This document shows, one piece after another, positions 60,055 through 64,000 of a stretch of 64,000 nucleotides of DNA. The notes under the pieces are model-generated. The model searched no databases, was not told the DNA's origin, and was given only the letters and a program-made list of their open reading frames with translations. The position numbers and the translations under genes are program-made. The stretch's first letter is position 1. The number at the start of each line of letters is the position of its first letter. The stretch lies in assembly GCA_027337125.1 (NCBI GenBank), contig GCA_027337125.1_3057.1, one strand, 5' to 3'. This DNA is from a phage.

Positions 60055-60687
60055 ATGAATATAGTATATTGGTTTACATTTGAAGACCGTGTCAAAAATA
60101 AGACTCCGCCATACTACTATATCGGTAGTAAATTAAATTGCTCATTTGAGAACGGAATAATATATGACTCTTCCGGAAAGGAATACTGGAGTTCGTGTAA
60201 ACAAAAAAGATTTTTGAATGCGGTAATGCTTCAAAAACCGAGCGTTAAAATAATTCAAATTGATGATGATTTGGATGTTATTGAAGCAGAGCGAAAATAC
60301 CAACTTGAAGTAAATGCCAGAGATAATCCAGACTATTTTAATCTGGTATATGCTGGCGGCGGATTTGGTGTGAGTGGTGAAACTCACCCAGCTAAAGACC
60401 CGGAAGTTAGAGAGCATATGAGATTGGCTAATTATATGAACCGTGACGATTTCAGACCTTGGAAAACATCACGAGCTAATATAGAGTCTTGGAAATTATC
60501 TCATATTGCTTACGAGAATTATGTGTTATTATTATCCTCTAATCTGTACGGTAAAACTCCTGGATGGCGAAGAGTTAAAGGTAATATAAATATAACTGAT
60601 ACAACTGCTAAATCGATGGTAAAGTATTTCAACTCAGGTTGGATACCTCTCGAAGACCCAGAGTATTGCAAATTATGCCAGCTATGA
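60055..60687 (+). CDS. GIY-YIG-like putative homing endonuclease (Seg-like, 210 aa)
   Basis: N-terminal IVY...(16 aa)...YYIGS then conserved-position E and N; occupies the 59-32 intergenic slot where T4 carries a seg gene. Confidence 0.45.
   Translation: MNIVYWFTFEDRVKNKTPPYYYIGSKLNCSFENGIIYDSSGKEYWSSCKQKRFLNAVMLQKPSVKIIQIDDDLDVIEAERKYQLEVNARDNPDYFNLVYAGGGFGVSGETHPAKDPEVREHMRLANYMNRDDFRPWKTSRANIESWKLSHIAYENYVLLLSSNLYGKTPGWRRVKGNINITDTTAKSMVKYFNSGWIPLEDPEYCKLCQL
60585..60592 (+). promoter_or_regulatory. candidate late promoter TATAAATA for gene 32
   Basis: Exact consensus about 150 bp upstream of the gp32 start, inside the 60055 ORF. Confidence 0.4.
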
Positions 60688-60741
60688 GGTAAAGTGTCAT
60701 AGCACCAACTGTTAATTAAATTAAGTTAAAAAGGAAATAAA
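60678..60741 (+). promoter_or_regulatory. gene 32 translational operator: pseudoknot-forming hairpin plus UUAAA/UUAAG repeats
   Basis: Stem GCUAUGA/UCAUAGC then UUAAUUAAAUUAAGUUAAAAAGGAAAUAAA before the ATG; corresponds to the known gp32 autoregulatory operator. Confidence 0.6.
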
Positions 60742-61647
60742 ATGTTTAAACGTAAATCTACTGCTGAACTTGCTGCGCAAATGGCTAAACTGAATGGCAA
60801 TAAAGGTTTTTCTTCTGAAGATAAAGGCGAGTGGAAACTGAAACTCGATAATGCGGGTAACGGTCAAGCAGTAATTCGTTTTCTTCCGTCTAAAAATGAT
60901 GAACAAGCACCATTCGCAATTCTTGTAAATCACGGTTTCAAGAAAAATGGTAAATGGTATATTGAAACATGTTCATCTACCCATGGTGATTACGATTCTT
61001 GCCCAGTATGTCAATACATCAGTAAAAATGATCTGTACAACACTGACAATAAAGAGTACAGTCTTGTTAAACGTAAAACTTCTTACTGGGCTAACATTCT
61101 TGTTGTAAAAGACCCAGCTGCTCCAGAAAACGAAGGTAAAGTATTTAAATATCGTTTCGGTAAGAAAATCTGGGATAAAATCAACGCGATGATTGCGGTT
61201 GATGTTGAAATGGGCGAAACTCCGGTTGATGTAACTTGTCCGTGGGAAGGTGCTAACTTTGTACTGAAAGTTAAACAAGTTTCTGGTTTTAGTAACTACG
61301 ACGAATCTAAATTCCTGAATCAATCTGCGATTCCAAACATTGATGATGAATCTTTCCAGAAAGAACTGTTCGAACAAATGGTTGACCTTTCTGAAATGAC
61401 TTCTAAAGATAAATTCAAATCGTTTGAAGAACTGAGCACTAAATTCAGTCAAGTTATGGGAACTGCTGCTATGGGTGGTGCCGCAGCGACTGCCGCTAAG
61501 AAAGCTGATAAAGTTGCTGATGATTTGGATGCATTCAATGTTGATGACTTCAAAACAAAAACTGAAGATGATTTTATGAGCTCAAGCTCTGGCAGTTCAT
61601 CTAGTGCTGATGACACGGACCTGGATGACCTTTTGAATGACCTTTAA
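60742..61647 (+). CDS. 32: gp32, single-stranded DNA-binding protein
   Basis: 301 aa as in T4; zinc site [10 protein letters not shown]; acidic C-terminal tail. Confidence 0.95.
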
Positions 61648-61670
61648 TAGATTATATTACTAATTAATTG

Positions 61671-61696
61671 GGGACCCTAGAGGTCCCCTTTTTTAT
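61671..61696 (+). terminator. intrinsic terminator (GGGGACC-cuag-AGGUCCCC plus T-run) after gene 32
   Basis: Stem-loop followed by TTTTTT. Confidence 0.7.
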
Positions 61697-61719
61697 TTCA
61701 AAAATTTTTTCACAAAACG

Positions 61720-61749
61720 GTTTACAAGCATAAAGCTTTATGGTACTAT
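61720..61749 (+). promoter_or_regulatory. early promoter (GTTTACA, TACTAT), cassette copy 5
   Basis: Same cassette as 12998, 40622, 44425. Confidence 0.55.
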
Positions 61750-61792
61750 ACAACTATCGGCAATACTGCTGATGATTAAAGAGGAAAATAAT

Positions 61793-62023
61793 ATGGCTAA
61801 AGTTGATATTGACATCGTTGATTTTGAATATATTGAAGAAATTATTCGTAATCGTTATCCTGAACTTAGTATCACAAGTATTCACGATGACCCTAATTAT
61901 TGCAATTTTTCTATTGTCATTGAAGGTCCTCTTGAAGACCTCACCCGCTTTATGGCTAATGAATATTGTGATGGCATGGATGCCGAAGACGCAGAATTTT
62001 ACATGGGACTGATTGAACAATAA
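61793..62023 (+). CDS. hypothetical protein (76 aa)
   Basis: Track ORF 61772-62023; ATG at 61793 follows GAGGAAAA RBS. Confidence 0.5.
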   Translation: MAKVDIDIVDFEYIEEIIRNRYPELSITSIHDDPNYCNFSIVIEGPLEDLTRFMANEYCDGMDAEDAEFYMGLIEQ

Positions 62024-62068
62024 TTATCAAGGGGCTATTACAGCCCCTATCAAAATGAGGAAAACACA

Positions 62069-62449
62069 ATGTATATTGGCAAAAAGTATGAACTTGTTCC
62101 AAGACTTATTGATACATTTATTAATTATAGTCCACGTTCTAATTCATCAATAGTTAAAATTATTCAAGATAATGGCGGATGGTTTGAAGTCAAAGAAGTT
62201 TTCTTTGCTAATGGATTTAAAGCAGTAAAACACATTGAATGCGCTAATGGAAAGCATTTTTACCTCAAAGATAGACTTTTAGAAATTTGCGAAGACGAAT
62301 TTCATTGTTTCCGCGAGTATAAAGAACCGACTTCTGAAGAAGATGAAGTCGAAGACAAGATTTCTGGCGTAACAAAAATTCACTGCGTTGTAGACGAAAA
62401 CAATGTAGATGAAATTATTGAACTTTTGCGAAAAACTTTCAAAAAGTAG
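62069..62449 (+). CDS. hypothetical protein (126 aa)
   Basis: ORF track only. Confidence 0.5.
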   Translation: MYIGKKYELVPRLIDTFINYSPRSNSSIVKIIQDNGGWFEVKEVFFANGFKAVKHIECANGKHFYLKDRLLEICEDEFHCFREYKEPTSEEDEVEDKISGVTKIHCVVDENNVDEIIELLRKTFKK

Positions 62450-62485
62450 TTTACAGTAGGGTAGTAGTGTGATACTATTACCCTA
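62449..62485 (+). promoter_or_regulatory. early promoter with its -10 (TACTAT) inside a 7 bp inverted repeat (TAGGGTA / TACCCTA)
   Basis: Read from sequence; GTTTAC at 62449-62454, 18 bp spacing. Confidence 0.5.
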
Positions 62486-62503
62486 TCAACTAAGGAGAAT
62501 AAA

Positions 62504-62746
62504 ATGAGATTACAACGCCAGAGCATCAAAGATTCAGAAGTTAAAGGTAAATGGTATTTTAATATCATTGGTAAAGATTCTGAGCTTGTTGAAAAAGCTG
62601 AACATCTTTTACGTGATATTGGATGGGAAGATGAATGTGATGGATGCCCTCTTTATGAAGATGGAGAAAGCGCAGGATTCTGGATTTACCATTCTGACGT
62701 TGAACAGTTTAAAGCCGATTGGAAAATTGTGAAAAAGTCTGTTTGA
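62504..62746 (+). CDS. hypothetical protein (80 aa)
   Basis: ORF track; RBS AAGGAGAA. Confidence 0.5.
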   Translation: MRLQRQSIKDSEVKGKWYFNIIGKDSELVEKAEHLLRDIGWEDECDGCPLYEDGESAGFWIYHSDVEQFKADWKIVKKSV

Positions 62747-62756
62747 GGAAAATAAT

Positions 62757-62999
62757 ATGATTTTTGTTTTTGAATTTATGAATGACGAATTCGATTATGC
62801 AATTTTTAACGCATTACATAATCCTGATTTAAGTGAATTTAATGAAATGTTTTCTGACGCTTTGAGTATGTCAGAAGAATACTGTGGAGAATGTCAACGT
62901 GTTTGTGTGACAGTTTTTGAAAACAAAGAAAAGACATATGAAGAGTTATTCTTTGATGCTAATAAAGCCACTGAATGGTTTATTGAAAAGGGGTTTTGA
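62757..62999 (+). CDS. hypothetical protein (80 aa), Cys-containing
   Basis: ORF track only. Confidence 0.5.
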   Translation: MIFVFEFMNDEFDYAIFNALHNPDLSEFNEMFSDALSMSEEYCGECQRVCVTVFENKEKTYEELFFDANKATEWFIEKGF

Positions 63000-63957
<958 letters not shown>

Positions 63958-63970
63958 TTATAGGTGCTAA

Positions 63971-64000
63971 ATGAAACAATACCAAGATTTAATTAAAAAT
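63971..64000 (+). CDS. td: 5' end of td (thymidylate synthase), partial
   Basis: ATG followed by MKQYQDLIKN, matching the recalled T4 thymidylate synthase N-terminus; truncated by window end. Confidence 0.6.
   Translation, partial: MKQYQDLIKN

Overview
This 64 kb window is a contiguous segment of a T-even (T4-like, Tequatrovirus-type) coliphage genome. The call rests on gene order, protein lengths and motifs read directly from the ORF track, plus recalled T4 protein sequences; no database search was run. Positions 1-47223 are a dense + strand block of early/middle genes: late sigma gp55, alpha-glucosyltransferase, gp47/gp46 nuclease, rpbA, clamp gp45, clamp loader gp44/gp62, regA, DNA polymerase gp43, imm, dCMP hydroxymethylase gp42, a second glycosyltransferase, uvsX, gp40, helicase gp41, dmd, sp, primase gp61, dam, gp56, soc, modB/modA, srd, dda, dexA, motB-like genes, topoisomerase gp39, rIIA, rIIB, denB, ndd, stp, ac, gp52, motA, arn, asiA. 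Positions 47224-57787 carry the late long-tail-fiber/lysis module on the - strand (t holin, gp38, gp37, gp36, gp35, gp34). From 57892 the + strand resumes with rnh, dsbA, gp33, gp59, a GIY-YIG-like ORF, gp32, frd and the first codons of td. Several loci look T2/T6-like rather than T4-like: gene 39 is one unsplit 605-606 codon ORF with no gene 60, gp38 is the glycine-rich adhesin type, gp37 ends in a chaperone-like domain, a GT-A glycosyltransferase sits where T4 has beta-gt, and segA/segF are absent. Regulatory signals are abundant: GTTTAC/TATAAT-type early promoters, MotA-box middle promoters, TATAAATA late promoters, and many UUCG-tetraloop hairpins. No rRNA, tRNA or CRISPR array was found. 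I did not find a clearly novel multi-gene system; the most interesting items are an uncharacterised PD-(D/E)xK nuclease-like ORF beside dam, early promoters embedded in hairpin-forming inverted repeats, a repeated promoter/leader cassette, and two lipoprotein/secreted ORFs beside imm. Coordinates of small ORFs and motifs that I derived by hand (not in the track) may be off by 1-2 nt; my reading of the printed sequence disagreed with the track by 1 nt near 14840.
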